Positions 19,848 through 29,946 of a stretch of 59,907 nt of DNA are shown here, piece after piece. A program made the translations under genes and the position numbers. The stretch is from assembly GCA_017530505.1 (NCBI GenBank), contig JAFXMI010000044.1, positions 1 through 59,907 on the forward strand, in the 5' to 3' direction. The notes under the pieces are model-generated. The model was not told where the DNA came from and made no database searches. It saw only the letters and a list, made by a program, of their open reading frames with translations. This DNA comes from Clostridia bacterium (GTDB lineage: Bacteria; Bacillota; Clostridia; TANB77; CAG-508). Numbering within the stretch: position 1 is the first letter of the stretch; every line of letters begins with the position of its first letter.

Positions 19848-20352
19848 ATATTTATTTTTTATGTTTTTTATTTTGTTAATTTCCTTTACAAATATAACGC
19901 TTGCAAATTATAAATCAATAATCTATGGAAAAGCAAAAACAAATTTGAAAAAACCAGTTTTTATAGTTGAATATTCAGATATAGTACAAGGACAAATAAG
20001 TAGCAAAACAAACAATTATTTTGAAAGCTATATTAATGTTTTAAATTATATAAATAAAGATGATTTAGATGAAATTAAAAAATTAAATGAAATTGATTTT
20101 GAATATACAATAAAAATTATTCCATCAACTAATAATTTTCCAGTTAAGTACAAGTTAATAGATATTAATAATGGCCAAGAAATAGCTCTTGATTCTAATT
20201 TGGAAAGTGAAAAAATAACTATTGGAAATATGGAAGAAAAAAATATATATAAATTAATTCTGGAATGGGATACAGAAAATAATAATCAAAATTTAGATAC
20301 AAATTTAGATGTAGAAATACTTGTAAAAGGAGTTCAAAAAAATAATGGTTAA
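19831..20352 (+). CDS. secreted hypothetical protein of the TasA/SipW-like locus
   Basis: 173-aa ORF. The N-terminal signal-like segment ends ..FTNITLANYKS. The start overlaps the end of sipW. Confidence 0.55.
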   Translation: MEKKFKYLFFMFFILLISFTNITLANYKSIIYGKAKTNLKKPVFIVEYSDIVQGQISSKTNNYFESYINVLNYINKDDLDEIKKLNEIDFEYTIKIIPSTNNFPVKYKLIDINNGQEIALDSNLESEKITIGNMEEKNIYKLILEWDTENNNQNLDTNLDVEILVKGVQKNNG

Positions 20353-21529
20353 TAGTAGTATAAAAAAAGTTATAATTTTCTTTTTACTTATAATAATTTT
20401 ATTAATTAATTCAGTATGTGCATATTATTATTACGAAAATAGATTTACAATATTTAAATTAAATAGAAATATTATTCCAGCAAATTTTAATATTTTTTAT
20501 GATAAAACAACACCAACTAATCAAGATGTAGAGATGAAAATAACTTTTGATAAACCAGTTTCTATTATTGGTAATAATTATGGTATTGAGATATTAGAAG
20601 ATGAAAAAACTTTAAAAAAAGTTTTTAGTTTAAATGAAAATAATTCTATTTTAGTAAGAGACGAAGATTTTAATTATCAAGAAATAAGTTATAATCTGGA
20701 TTGGATAGATAAAGAGCCACCGATTATAATTGGAGCAGATAATAAAAAAACATATAATAATAACGTACATTTAGATTATACAGATAATTTTACTATTTCT
20801 GAAATATATTCTGATTATTATTCAGACAATTTTACTATTTATGAAGATAGTCAAGATTTTTATGAAACAAATAATATGCAAATTGTTCCAGCTACAAAGG
20901 ATTCTATAACATTATATGTATTATCAAATACTAAAGAAATGGAAAAATATAATTATTATTTGGATGGAATTTTATATGAATCAACACATGAAAAAAAATA
21001 TACATTTACAAATTTAGAATTGTCTGATAAAGAGCATAATTTAGCAGTAGAAGCGTTAGATAGAGAAGGAAATATTATAGAAAGAAAAGAAATAAATAGA
21101 AAAACTGTTCCAATAAGAGGAGTAGATTTTGATTTTTCACAAGGAGTAAAATATATTGCATTAAAAGGAACTCCAAAAACATTAACAAAATTATCAGCAT
21201 GTGCGTGGGTAGAGGAGCATTATGAAGATACTTTGGTAAATTTAACACCCAATAATGATTCACCAAATTCTTATGTAATTTCGTTAGCAATGTGGAGACA
21301 TAAAAACTATATTGGAAGATATATTGTGAAATTTGAATTTGAATACAAAGAAAACAATATTGATAAAAAAGCCACACTAATTGGTTCTGTATATATGCCA
21401 AATAACTATAAAGCTTCAAATTATCTAGGTCTTCCATACGACTTTATAGAAAATGGAAATTATTATGTTAGATGTAGAGATGAAGCAGGAAATGAAAGTG
21501 AAATAAATTTTCAAATAGATAGGATATAA
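20345..21529 (+). CDS. secreted or membrane-anchored hypothetical protein of the TasA/SipW-like locus
   Basis: 394-aa ORF with the N-terminal hydrophobic segment VIIFFLLIIILLINSVCAYYYY. The start overlaps the preceding gene (ATGG). Confidence 0.55.
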   Translation: MVNSSIKKVIIFFLLIIILLINSVCAYYYYENRFTIFKLNRNIIPANFNIFYDKTTPTNQDVEMKITFDKPVSIIGNNYGIEILEDEKTLKKVFSLNENNSILVRDEDFNYQEISYNLDWIDKEPPIIIGADNKKTYNNNVHLDYTDNFTISEIYSDYYSDNFTIYEDSQDFYETNNMQIVPATKDSITLYVLSNTKEMEKYNYYLDGILYESTHEKKYTFTNLELSDKEHNLAVEALDREGNIIERKEINRKTVPIRGVDFDFSQGVKYIALKGTPKTLTKLSACAWVEEHYEDTLVNLTPNNDSPNSYVISLAMWRHKNYIGRYIVKFEFEYKENNIDKKATLIGSVYMPNNYKASNYLGLPYDFIENGNYYVRCRDEAGNESEINFQIDRI

Positions 21530-21592
21530 TAATAAACTTCTTGCAATAATAATGTTTTAATGATAAAATATGAAAAAAGTAAGGAGTATAAG

Positions 21593-22876
21593 ATGAGTAT
21601 TTTATTGAAAAATGGAACAATATTAGACTATGCTAGTAAAACAAATGAGAAATATGACATTTTAATTAATAATCAGGGATTAATAGAGAAAATTGAAAAG
21701 AACATTAACGATAAAGATGCAAAAATAATTGATTGTACAGGTTATTATATAATGCCTGGAATGATAGATATGCATTGCCATCTTAGAGAACCTGGGGGAG
21801 AACATAAAGAAACAATAGAAACTGGTTCTAAAAGTGCTGTGAAAGGTGGATTTACTACTATATGTCCTATGCCTAATACAAAGCCAACACCAGATAACGA
21901 GATAGTTTTAAAACAAATAATTGAAAGAGCAAAAGAAGTTAATCTTTGTAATATACTTCCATTTTCTAGTGTAACTTTGGAAGAAAAAGGTAAAGAATTG
22001 GTTAATTTTAAAACCCAATTAGAAGCTGGAGCTTGTGCTTTTTCAGATGATGGGATGCCAGTAGAAAATTCTGCATTAATTAGAACCGCTATGATAGAAG
22101 CCAATAAATTAGGTAGTTTTATTTCTGAACATTGTGAAGAAAAATCAGTTGCTGAAGGATGTATTAATGCAGGAAAAATTGCAGAAAAACTAGGTGTAAA
22201 AGGAGTTTTTCCAGAAGCAGAAGAAATAATGGCTTCAAGAGATATTGTTATAGCAGAAACCAACAATTTACATACTCATATATGCCATATTAGTACTAAA
22301 ACATCTGTAAATATGATTAGAAGTGCAAAGCAAAGAGGAGTTAAAGTTACTTGCGAAACTTGTCCACATTATTTTAGTTTTACAGTTGATGAAGTTTTAA
22401 CCTCAGGTGTTAATGCAAAAATGAACCCACCTTTAAGGGAAGAAAAAGATAGACAAGCTATTATTGAAGGATTAAAGGATGGAACAATAGATGCAATTAT
22501 TACAGATCATGCTCCACATGCTAAAGAAGAAAAAGATAGAGGATTAGAAAAAGCTCCAAATGGAATTATTGGATTTGAAACTGCATTATCAGCAACAATT
22601 ACAAATTTGGTGTCAAAAGGAATAATAGATTATCTTGATATGGTAAGATTAATGTCTTATAATCCTGCAAAATTATTAGGCTTAGATAAAGGAGAAATTA
22701 AAGAGGGTGTAATTGCAGATTTAACAATATTTGATGCTGAAAAGAAATATGTATATGAAGAATCAAGTATTGTCTCTAAATCACATAATAGTCCATGGAT
22801 AGGAAAAGAACTACAAGGAAAAGTAATTTATACTATTGTAGGAGGACGTATTGTATATGAAGAATGCGATAGATAA
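21593..22876 (+). CDS. pyrC: dihydroorotase
   Basis: The metal-binding motif DMHCHLREPG and the later ITDHAPH are present. ATG 21593 follows AAGGAG. Confidence 0.9.
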   Translation: MSILLKNGTILDYASKTNEKYDILINNQGLIEKIEKNINDKDAKIIDCTGYYIMPGMIDMHCHLREPGGEHKETIETGSKSAVKGGFTTICPMPNTKPTPDNEIVLKQIIERAKEVNLCNILPFSSVTLEEKGKELVNFKTQLEAGACAFSDDGMPVENSALIRTAMIEANKLGSFISEHCEEKSVAEGCINAGKIAEKLGVKGVFPEAEEIMASRDIVIAETNNLHTHICHISTKTSVNMIRSAKQRGVKVTCETCPHYFSFTVDEVLTSGVNAKMNPPLREEKDRQAIIEGLKDGTIDAIITDHAPHAKEEKDRGLEKAPNGIIGFETALSATITNLVSKGIIDYLDMVRLMSYNPAKLLGLDKGEIKEGVIADLTIFDAEKKYVYEESSIVSKSHNSPWIGKELQGKVIYTIVGGRIVYEECDR

Positions 22877-23816
22877 ATTAATAGAAAAAATTAAAGAAAC
22901 TAATAATCCAACGGTTATTGGCTTAGATCCACGTTATGATATGCTTCCAAAAAGTATAAAAAACAAATATGGATTAAATTTAAAAGATGTTGGTAATGCA
23001 ATTATAGAATATAATTTTTCTTTAATAGATAGTGTACATGATATTATTCCAGCTATAAAACCACAAATAGCTTTTTATGAAATGTTCGGAATTGATGGTA
23101 TAAAAGCCTTTTTTGAAACTTGTAAATATGCAAAAGAAAAAGGGATGATTGTTATTGCAGATATGAAGAGAGGAGATATTGGAACTACAGCTCAAGCTTA
23201 TTCTAATGCATCAATAGGAAAAACCCTAGTAGAGGATATTGAATTTCCAATTTTTGATGTTGATTTTGTTACAGTTAATCCTTATTTAGGAACAGATGGA
23301 ATTATACCTTTTATTCAAGATTGTAAAAAATATAATAAAGGAATTTTTGTTTTAGTAAAAACATCAAATAAATCTTCTGGAGACTTACAAGACTTAAAGT
23401 TAGAAGATGGAAAAACAATTTATGAAAAAGTTGCTGAATTAGTAAATAGTTTAGGAAAAGATTTAGTTGGAGAATATGGATATAGTTCTATTTCTGCAGT
23501 TGTAGGTGCGACTTATCCTAAACAATTAAAAGAATTAAGAGAAATAATGAAATTATCGTATTTTTTAATTCCAGGATATGGTGCACAAGGAGGAAAGGCA
23601 GAGGATATTGCGCTTGGATTTGATGGAAATGGTCTTGGTGGAATTGTAAATGCTTCAAGAAGTTTAATGTGTGCTTGGAAATCAGACAGATGGAAAGATT
23701 TATACACTGATGACCAATTTGCAGAAGCAACTAGAGCAGAAGCAATTCGTATGCGAGATGAACTTAATCTTGCAATAAGTAATGTTAAAGGAAGTGGGAA
23801 ATATGAGAAAAAATAA
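22857..23816 (+). CDS. pyrF: orotidine 5'-phosphate decarboxylase (long type)
   Basis: The DMKRGDIG and PGYGAQGG motifs are present. The gene sits in a pyr cluster. ATG 22857 lies 10 nt after GGAGGA. Confidence 0.85.
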   Translation: MKNAIDKLIEKIKETNNPTVIGLDPRYDMLPKSIKNKYGLNLKDVGNAIIEYNFSLIDSVHDIIPAIKPQIAFYEMFGIDGIKAFFETCKYAKEKGMIVIADMKRGDIGTTAQAYSNASIGKTLVEDIEFPIFDVDFVTVNPYLGTDGIIPFIQDCKKYNKGIFVLVKTSNKSSGDLQDLKLEDGKTIYEKVAELVNSLGKDLVGEYGYSSISAVVGATYPKQLKELREIMKLSYFLIPGYGAQGGKAEDIALGFDGNGLGGIVNASRSLMCAWKSDRWKDLYTDDQFAEATRAEAIRMRDELNLAISNVKGSGKYEKK

Positions 23817-24606
23817 ATTCCAATTAGAATGTGAAATAATAAAAATTGAAAAAATTATTGATGGAATTTTCCATTTTACAATAAAAGCTCCAGAAATAGC
23901 TAATATTGCAAAGGCAGGACAATTTTTGGAAATCCAAGTTTCTAAAACAGGAGAAGTTTTTTTAAGAAGGCCATTTAGTATTTATAATATAAATAAAGAA
24001 AAAGGTGAAGTAGAATTTATTTTTCAAGTAAAAGGGAAAGGAACAAAAATTCTTTCTACTAGAAAGGTTGGAGAAACGCTTAATATTTTAGGCCCTTTAG
24101 GAAATGGAACTTTTTCAGTAAAAAAATATAATAGAATAGCTTTGATAGGTGGTGGAATTGGAACATATCCACTTTATGAGCTTGCAAAAGAATTAAAGGA
24201 AAATGGTAGTTCAAATGTTTACATGTATATGGGTTTCAGGAATAAGTCCTTAGTAACTTTGGAAAAAGAATTTGGAGAAGTAACTGATAGAGTAATAATT
24301 ACAACTGATGATGGCTCTTATAAAGAAAAAGGATTTGCTTTAGATATGTTAAAAAATGACTGTTTAAAAGAAAAGCCTGATATTATTTTTGCATGTGGAC
24401 CTCTACCTATGCTTAAAGCAGTTCAAAATTTTGCTAATGAAAATTTAATAAAATGTGAAATGTCTTTAGAAGAACGTATGGGATGCGGAATTTATGCTTG
24501 TGTTGGATGTAATGTTAGAATTGTAACTAATAATCCTGATGAAATTAAATATAAATATGTTTGTACAAATGGTCCTGTATTTGATAGTAAAGAGGTAATT
24601 ATTTAG
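23803..24606 (+). CDS. pyrK: dihydroorotate dehydrogenase B electron-transfer subunit
   Basis: An FAD/NAD-binding fold (RRPFSI, GGGIG) and the C-terminal 2Fe-2S Cys cluster CG.YAC.GC are present. The gene precedes pyrD. Confidence 0.85.
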   Translation: MRKNKFQLECEIIKIEKIIDGIFHFTIKAPEIANIAKAGQFLEIQVSKTGEVFLRRPFSIYNINKEKGEVEFIFQVKGKGTKILSTRKVGETLNILGPLGNGTFSVKKYNRIALIGGGIGTYPLYELAKELKENGSSNVYMYMGFRNKSLVTLEKEFGEVTDRVIITTDDGSYKEKGFALDMLKNDCLKEKPDIIFACGPLPMLKAVQNFANENLIKCEMSLEERMGCGIYACVGCNVRIVTNNPDEIKYKYVCTNGPVFDSKEVII

Positions 24607-24668
24607 TTTCTTTACAAAATTATAATTTTCTTTTAGATTGAAATTAAGCTAAAAAGGAGAGATAAAAA

Positions 24669-25589
24669 ATGAAAACAGAAGTAAATTTTTGTGGAATAAA
24701 AATGAAAAATCCTGTTACAGTTTCATCTGGGACATTTGGATATGGTAGAGGACATAATGAATTTATAGATTTAAATAAATTAGGCGCTATAATAACAAAA
24801 GGAACATCACTTATACCAAAAACAGGAAATAAACCGCCTAGAATATGTGAAACAGAAGGTGGAATGTTGAATTGTATTGGTCTTGAGAATCCTGGATTAG
24901 AGTATTTTGTTAATGTTGATCTACCTTTTTTAAAAAGTTTTAATACTCCAATTATTGTAAATTGTTTTGGTGGAGTAGAAGGAACAATAGAAGCATATGT
25001 AAATATTTGTAGAGAATTAAATAAGTTACCTATTGATGGAGTTGAAATAAACCTTTCTTGCCCTAATGTTAAAGCAGGATGTTTAGCTTTTGGAACAACT
25101 TATGAAGGGGTAAAAGAAATAACTACTGCATGTAGAAAGGTTTTAACAGATAAACCTTTAATAGTAAAATTAACACCTAATGTAACAGATATTACGTTAC
25201 CTGCAAAAGGTGCTGAAGATGCTGGAGCAGATGGTGTTTCATTAATAAATACAATTACAGCAATGAAAATAGATATAGAAAAGAAAAGACCTATTTTAAG
25301 TATAAATACAGGAGGTTTGTCAGGTCCAGCAATTAAACCAGTTGCTGTTAGGATGGTATATCAAGTTGCACATTGTGTTAAAATTCCAGTTATGGGATTA
25401 GGTGGAATTATGACAGGAGAAGATGTTATTGAATTTTTGCTTGCAGGTGCAACATGTATTTCAATGGGTTCAGCTAATTTAGTTAATCCTGAGGCATCAA
25501 TAAAAGCTATTGAAGAAGTTGAAAATTATATGAAAAAACATAATATAATTGATATTAATGAATTAATTGATGCTGTTGAAATGAATTAG
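24669..25589 (+). CDS. pyrD: dihydroorotate dehydrogenase, class 1B catalytic subunit
   Basis: The NLSCPN catalytic Cys loop and the GGLSGPAIKP and GLGGI motifs are present. Confidence 0.9.
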   Translation: MKTEVNFCGIKMKNPVTVSSGTFGYGRGHNEFIDLNKLGAIITKGTSLIPKTGNKPPRICETEGGMLNCIGLENPGLEYFVNVDLPFLKSFNTPIIVNCFGGVEGTIEAYVNICRELNKLPIDGVEINLSCPNVKAGCLAFGTTYEGVKEITTACRKVLTDKPLIVKLTPNVTDITLPAKGAEDAGADGVSLINTITAMKIDIEKKRPILSINTGGLSGPAIKPVAVRMVYQVAHCVKIPVMGLGGIMTGEDVIEFLLAGATCISMGSANLVNPEASIKAIEEVENYMKKHNIIDINELIDAVEMN

Positions 25590-25610
25590 AACAAAAAAAG
25601 GAGAACAACA

Positions 25611-26754
25611 ATGAAAAAACTATTTACATCAGAAAGTGTAACAGAAGGGCATCCAGATAAACTTTGTGATTACATTTCAGATAGTATTTTAGATGAATAT
25701 TTGAAATTAGATCCAAACTCTAGAGTTGCTTGTGAAACTGTTGTAGGAAAAGGACAGGTTTTAATTACAGGAGAAATTACTTCTAAGGGAAATGTTAATA
25801 TTGACTCAGTAGTAAGAAATGTAATTAAAGAAGTAGGGTATGATAATGAAGAAAAAGATATTGATTATCGAACTTGTAATATAATTATTAATACATCAAA
25901 ACAATCCCCAGATATTGCATTAGGAGTTGATAAATCTTTAGAAGAAAAACAAGGACAAAGTATTATTTCAGAAGGTGCAGGAGATCAAGGATTAATGTTT
26001 GGATTTGCTTGCAATGAAACGGAAACTTTATTGCCAATGCCAATTTATTTAGCACATAAACTATCTAAAAAATTGGCTGATGTTAGAAAAAATGGTACGA
26101 TTAATTATTTAAGACCAGATGGAAAAGTTCAAATAACTGTTGAATATGATGGTGATAAACCAGTTAGAATTGATACTATAGTTTTATCGACTCAACATAT
26201 TGAAGATATTGATCTAGAAGATTTAAGAAAAGATGTTAAGGAATATGTAATTTATAAAGCGATACCAAAAGAATTATTAGATGAAAAAACAAGGTATTAT
26301 ATTAATCCAACAGGTAGGTTTGTAATAGGGGGACCTCTTGGTGATAGTGGGTTAACTGGAAGAAAAATAATAGTAGATACATATGGAGGATATAGTAGAC
26401 ATCGGAGGAGGAGCTTTTTCTGGAAAAGATGCAACCAAAGTTGACAGATCAGCATCATATATGGCTAGATTTATAGCTAAAAATATTGTTGCAAATGGCT
26501 ATTGTGATAAATGTGAAGTTCAACTATCTTATGCAATTGGCGTAGCAAATCCAGTAGCTATTTATATTGAAACCTTTGGTACATCTAAAATTGATGAGGA
26601 AGTAATTTTAAAAAAAATTTATGATAATTTTGATTTATCCCCAGCTGGGATAATTAATTTTTTAGACTTGAAAAAACCAATATATAGACAAACTACAAAT
26701 TATGGACACTTTGGAAAAGAATATTTGTCTTGGGAGAAAAAAATAATTTTTTAA
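25611..26754 (+). CDS. metK: S-adenosylmethionine synthase; intact only with a +1 shift at CGG 26403-26405
   Basis: Track ORFs 25611..26444 and 26383..26754 are its two parts. The junction is AGA-CAT-CGG-AGG. Skipping C26403 gives [28 protein letters not shown], which restores the invariant [10 protein letters not shown] block. GAGDQG lies upstream. Confidence 0.9.
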
Positions 26755-26832
26755 AAAATGTTACATATAATATAAAAAAGAAAAATATGATTATATTTTC
26801 TTTTATCCAAATAAAAAAAGAGGAAAATTTAT

Positions 26833-27726
26833 ATGAAAAAAATAATATTTAAAGGTGTTGGAACAGCTATTGTAACTCCATTTACAAAGGATGATGAGGT
26901 AAATTTTGAGGAATTTGGAAGAATAATTGAAGACCAAATAAATAATAAGGTTGATGCAATTATTGTTTGTGGAACTACTGGTGAAGCCTCAACAATGACT
27001 TTAGAAGAAAGGAAAGAAACTATTAAATTTGCTATAAAAAAAGCGGGTGGAAGAGTTCCAATAATTGCTGGTACTGGTGGGAATTGTACAAAAAATGTAA
27101 TAGAAATGACAAAATTTGCAGAAAGTATAGGTGTAGATGGAGCTTTAATTGTAACTCCATATTATAATAAAACAACTCAAGCAGGTCTTATTAAACATTA
27201 TGAAGTAATTGCAAATTCTACCAAACTTCCAATTATTTTATACAGCGTGCCTGGTAGAACAGGAGTTAATATTAATCCAGAAACATGCAAAGAACTTTCC
27301 AAAATTGAAAATATAGTAGCTATAAAAGAAGCTAGTGGAAATTTATCTCAAATAGCTGAAATTAAAAATTTGTGTGGAGATGATTTAAATATTTATTCTG
27401 GAAATGATGATCAAATAACTCCGATTTTAGCTTGTGGAGGAATTGGTGTAATTTCTGTTTTATCAAATATGATGCCTGAATTTACACATAATATTGTTGA
27501 AGATTTTATGAATGGTAAAATAGAAAATGCAATTGAATCACAATTAAAAGTGATTCCTTTGATTAAAGCTTTGTTTTGTGAGGTAAATCCTATTCCAGTA
27601 AAAGCTGCAATGAATATGATTGGATGGAATGTTGGAAAACCTCGACTTCCTTTAATAGAAATAAGTGATAAGGGAAAAGAAAAATTAAAAAAAGAGATAG
27701 AGTTAATAAAGAGGGTTAGAAATTGA
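26833..27726 (+). CDS. dapA: 4-hydroxy-tetrahydrodipicolinate synthase
   Basis: GTTGE, the Schiff-base lysine context AIKEASG and the YNKT motif are present. Confidence 0.9.
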   Translation: MKKIIFKGVGTAIVTPFTKDDEVNFEEFGRIIEDQINNKVDAIIVCGTTGEASTMTLEERKETIKFAIKKAGGRVPIIAGTGGNCTKNVIEMTKFAESIGVDGALIVTPYYNKTTQAGLIKHYEVIANSTKLPIILYSVPGRTGVNINPETCKELSKIENIVAIKEASGNLSQIAEIKNLCGDDLNIYSGNDDQITPILACGGIGVISVLSNMMPEFTHNIVEDFMNGKIENAIESQLKVIPLIKALFCEVNPIPVKAAMNMIGWNVGKPRLPLIEISDKGKEKLKKEIELIKRVRN

Positions 27727-28224
27727 ATTCAAAAAAAGAAAAATCATTATTAGTAATTAATGAAAATCGTGAAGAGTTTAATAAAATAGTTTATGATATT
27801 ATTAATAATCCTAATGTTTCTGCATTAAAAGAGCATTTACAACATAAAAATACATCTAGATTTGAACACTGTCAAAGTGTTGCATTTTTAACATATTTAA
27901 TTTGTAAAAAATTAAAATTGGATTATATTTCTGCTGCTCGTCGGAGCAATGTTACATGATTTTTATTTTTATGATTGGAGAAATAAGCATGTTGAAGGAC
28001 AAAAAAGATTTCATGCTATGCGTCATCCAAAAATTGCTTTAACAAATGCACAAGATATTTTTGATTTAAATGATTTAGAAATTGATATTATAAAAAAACA
28101 CATGTGGCCAATGACAATTAGTCCACCAAGTTATATAGAAAGTTTTATTGTTACTTTAGTTGATAAGTATTGTGCTACAGCTGAGTTTTTTAAATATTTT
28201 AGAAAAGGAGACAAAGTAAAGTGA
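27723..28224 (+). CDS. HD-domain phosphohydrolase; intact only with a +1 shift at CGG 27942-27944
   Basis: Track ORFs 27723..27959 and 27949..28224 are its two parts. The junction is GCT-CGT-CGG-AGC. Skipping the C gives FEHCQSVAF...ISAARGAMLHDFYFYDW, which restores the H...HD signature in one frame. Confidence 0.75.
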
Positions 28225-28965
28225 AAGTTTTGGTAAATGGTTGTAATGGAAAGATGGGACAAGAGGTTGCTAGACAAATAAAGGTTATAGAAGATATAGA
28301 TGTTTTATGCGGAGTAGCAAGAACTGATTCTGGAGATAATTCGTTTCCTGTTTTTACTAATACTTTAGATATAGATTTAATACCAGATATAATTATAGAT
28401 TTTTCAAAACCAGCTGGAACACTTGATATCTTAGAATTTGCAAAAAAAAATAATATACCAATAGTAATTGCAACTACAGGATTTTCTGACGAAGAGAATA
28501 AGAAAATAGAAGATGCAAGTAGAATAATACCAATTTTCAAATCTGCTAATATGTCTTATGAAATAAATTTAATGTCAAAAATTGTTTGTGAAATAGCACA
28601 AAAATTAAGAGAAGCTGATATTGAAATAATAGAAACACATCATAATAGAAAGATAGATAGTCCAAGTCGGAACGGCTTTACTGTTAGCAAATAATATTAA
28701 TAAAGCTTTAAATAATGAAAAGGAGCTTATTTATGAGAGAAAGTCTAAAAGGGAAGCTCGTAAAAAAACTGAGATAGGAATATCATCAATAAGAGGTGGA
28801 ACAGAAGTTGGAACTCATAGCGTAATTTTCTTTGGAGAAAATGAAAGTTTTGAGATTAAGCATAGCTGTACTTCTAGAAGTGTTTTTGCTTGTGGTGCAA
28901 TAAAAGCAGCTAGATTTATAGAGCATAAAAATGCTGGTTTATATAAAATGGATGACTTATTGTAG
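28221..28965 (+). CDS. dapB: 4-hydroxy-tetrahydrodipicolinate reductase; intact only with a +1 shift at CGG 28668-28670
   Basis: The start is GTG, overlapping the upstream stop. The junction is CCA-AGT-CGG-AAC. Skipping the C gives ETHHNRKIDSPSGTALLLANNINKAL.., which restores the E.HH..K.D.PSGTA motif. The frame then runs to TAG 28963-28965. Confidence 0.85.
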
Positions 28966-29015
28966 TTTGAAAAGAGATATTGACTAAAATTAAAAATGAT
29001 AGTAGAATAAAATAA

Positions 29016-29357
29016 GAAGTAAATTGAATAGTCGCTGCTGAAAGTCGAAAGACTTCAGGAGAGGAAAGTCCGGGCTCCAAAGAGCAAAGATACTTGATAA
29101 CGTCAAGCGAGGGTAACCTTAGGGAAAGTGCAACAGAAAATAACAACCTTTTTTAGGTTCAGGTGAAAAGGTGGAGTAAAAGCCCACCATCAATATGGTG
29201 ACATATTGGATGTGTAAACCCTATCTGGAGCAACACCTTGAAAGAGAAAGTTAAGGCTGCTCGCCATTTTCTCGATTTGCGTGGCTTGAGATATATAGCA
29301 ATATATATCCTAGATAAATGACTATTCACGACAGAACCCGGCTTATAGATTTACTTC
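29016..29357 (+). ncRNA. rnpB: RNase P RNA, bacterial type B
   Basis: GAGGAAAGTCCGGGCTC is at 29061-29077 and ACAGAACCCGGCTTA at 29331-29345. P1 pairs GAAGTAAAT (29016-29024) with ATTTACTTC (29349-29357). Track ORF 28916..29146 (-) is spurious. Confidence 0.9.
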
Positions 29358-29442
29358 CTAAAATAATATTTTTAAAAAACACTTGTAAAAAGTTTTTTTT
29401 AAAATAAAATAATAATACAAAAGAAAAAGGGAGAGAAAAAAG

Positions 29443-29946
29443 ATGTTTCAAAAGAAAAACAAAAACGGAATTACTTTAATTGCGCTAGTAATAATTATTA
29501 TAGTCCTTTTAATATTGGCTGGAATTTCTATATCAATGTTATCTGGAGATAACGGATTATTGAATAGAACAACAGAAGCAAGAGAAAGAACAATACATGC
29601 CAATGTATTTGAACAATTACAATTGGAAGAGTTAGCATACTTAACGAACAAAGCTACTTCGAGAGATACATCAACACTAATAGGATACTTACAAACTAAA
29701 TCTATTATCGGAAACGAAATAGGAGAAGATACAGGAAAATATCAAGTAAATGTAACAGTATTATTAGGGTCAAAACAATCATTAGGAAATGGTGATGCAA
29801 CAAGTGAATTAAAAGATGTTTATATGTTGGAAAAGCAAAATGTATCATTACTTCGGGGGCGCTTGTTTTTGTGCAGAAGAATATACCGACTTTGTAGGTT
29901 GAGTCCGCGGAGGCGTAGTTTCTATTTGAAATCTGCTATCCAATAA
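29443..29946 (+). CDS. pilin/pseudopilin-like protein with a prepilin-type N-terminus; the true 3' end is uncertain
   Basis: MFQKKNKNGITLIALVIIIIVLLILAGISISML is a class III signal/hydrophobic helix. After ..VYMLEKQNVSLL the track frame turns into an Arg-rich GC-rich tail that begins with in-frame CGG 29854. Applying the +1 rule gives ..LLGGACFCAEEYTDFVG and a stop at 29900-29902. Confidence 0.6.
   Translation: MFQKKNKNGITLIALVIIIIVLLILAGISISMLSGDNGLLNRTTEARERTIHANVFEQLQLEELAYLTNKATSRDTSTLIGYLQTKSIIGNEIGEDTGKYQVNVTVLLGSKQSLGNGDATSELKDVYMLEKQNVSLLRGRLFLCRRIYRLCRLSPRRRSFYLKSAIQ

Noticed and set aside
21745-22266. Antisense and overlapping ORFs in the track. Examples are 2298..2615, 6947..7180, 11304..11510, 13231..13416, 13593..13793, 14530..14814, 21075..21437, 21745..22266, 23513..23730, 28199..28540, 33836..34182, 46152..46436, 48946..49182, 51375..51605, 52110..52394 and 53487..53789.
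   Set aside because: Each lies inside a well-supported gene on the opposite strand or in another frame. They have low-complexity Ser/Leu/Phe-rich translations typical of antisense AT-rich coding DNA, and none has an SD.
28916-29146. 76-aa minus-strand ORF
   Set aside because: It overlaps the end of dapB and the 5' half of the RNase P RNA, so it is a by-product of the GC-rich RNA gene.
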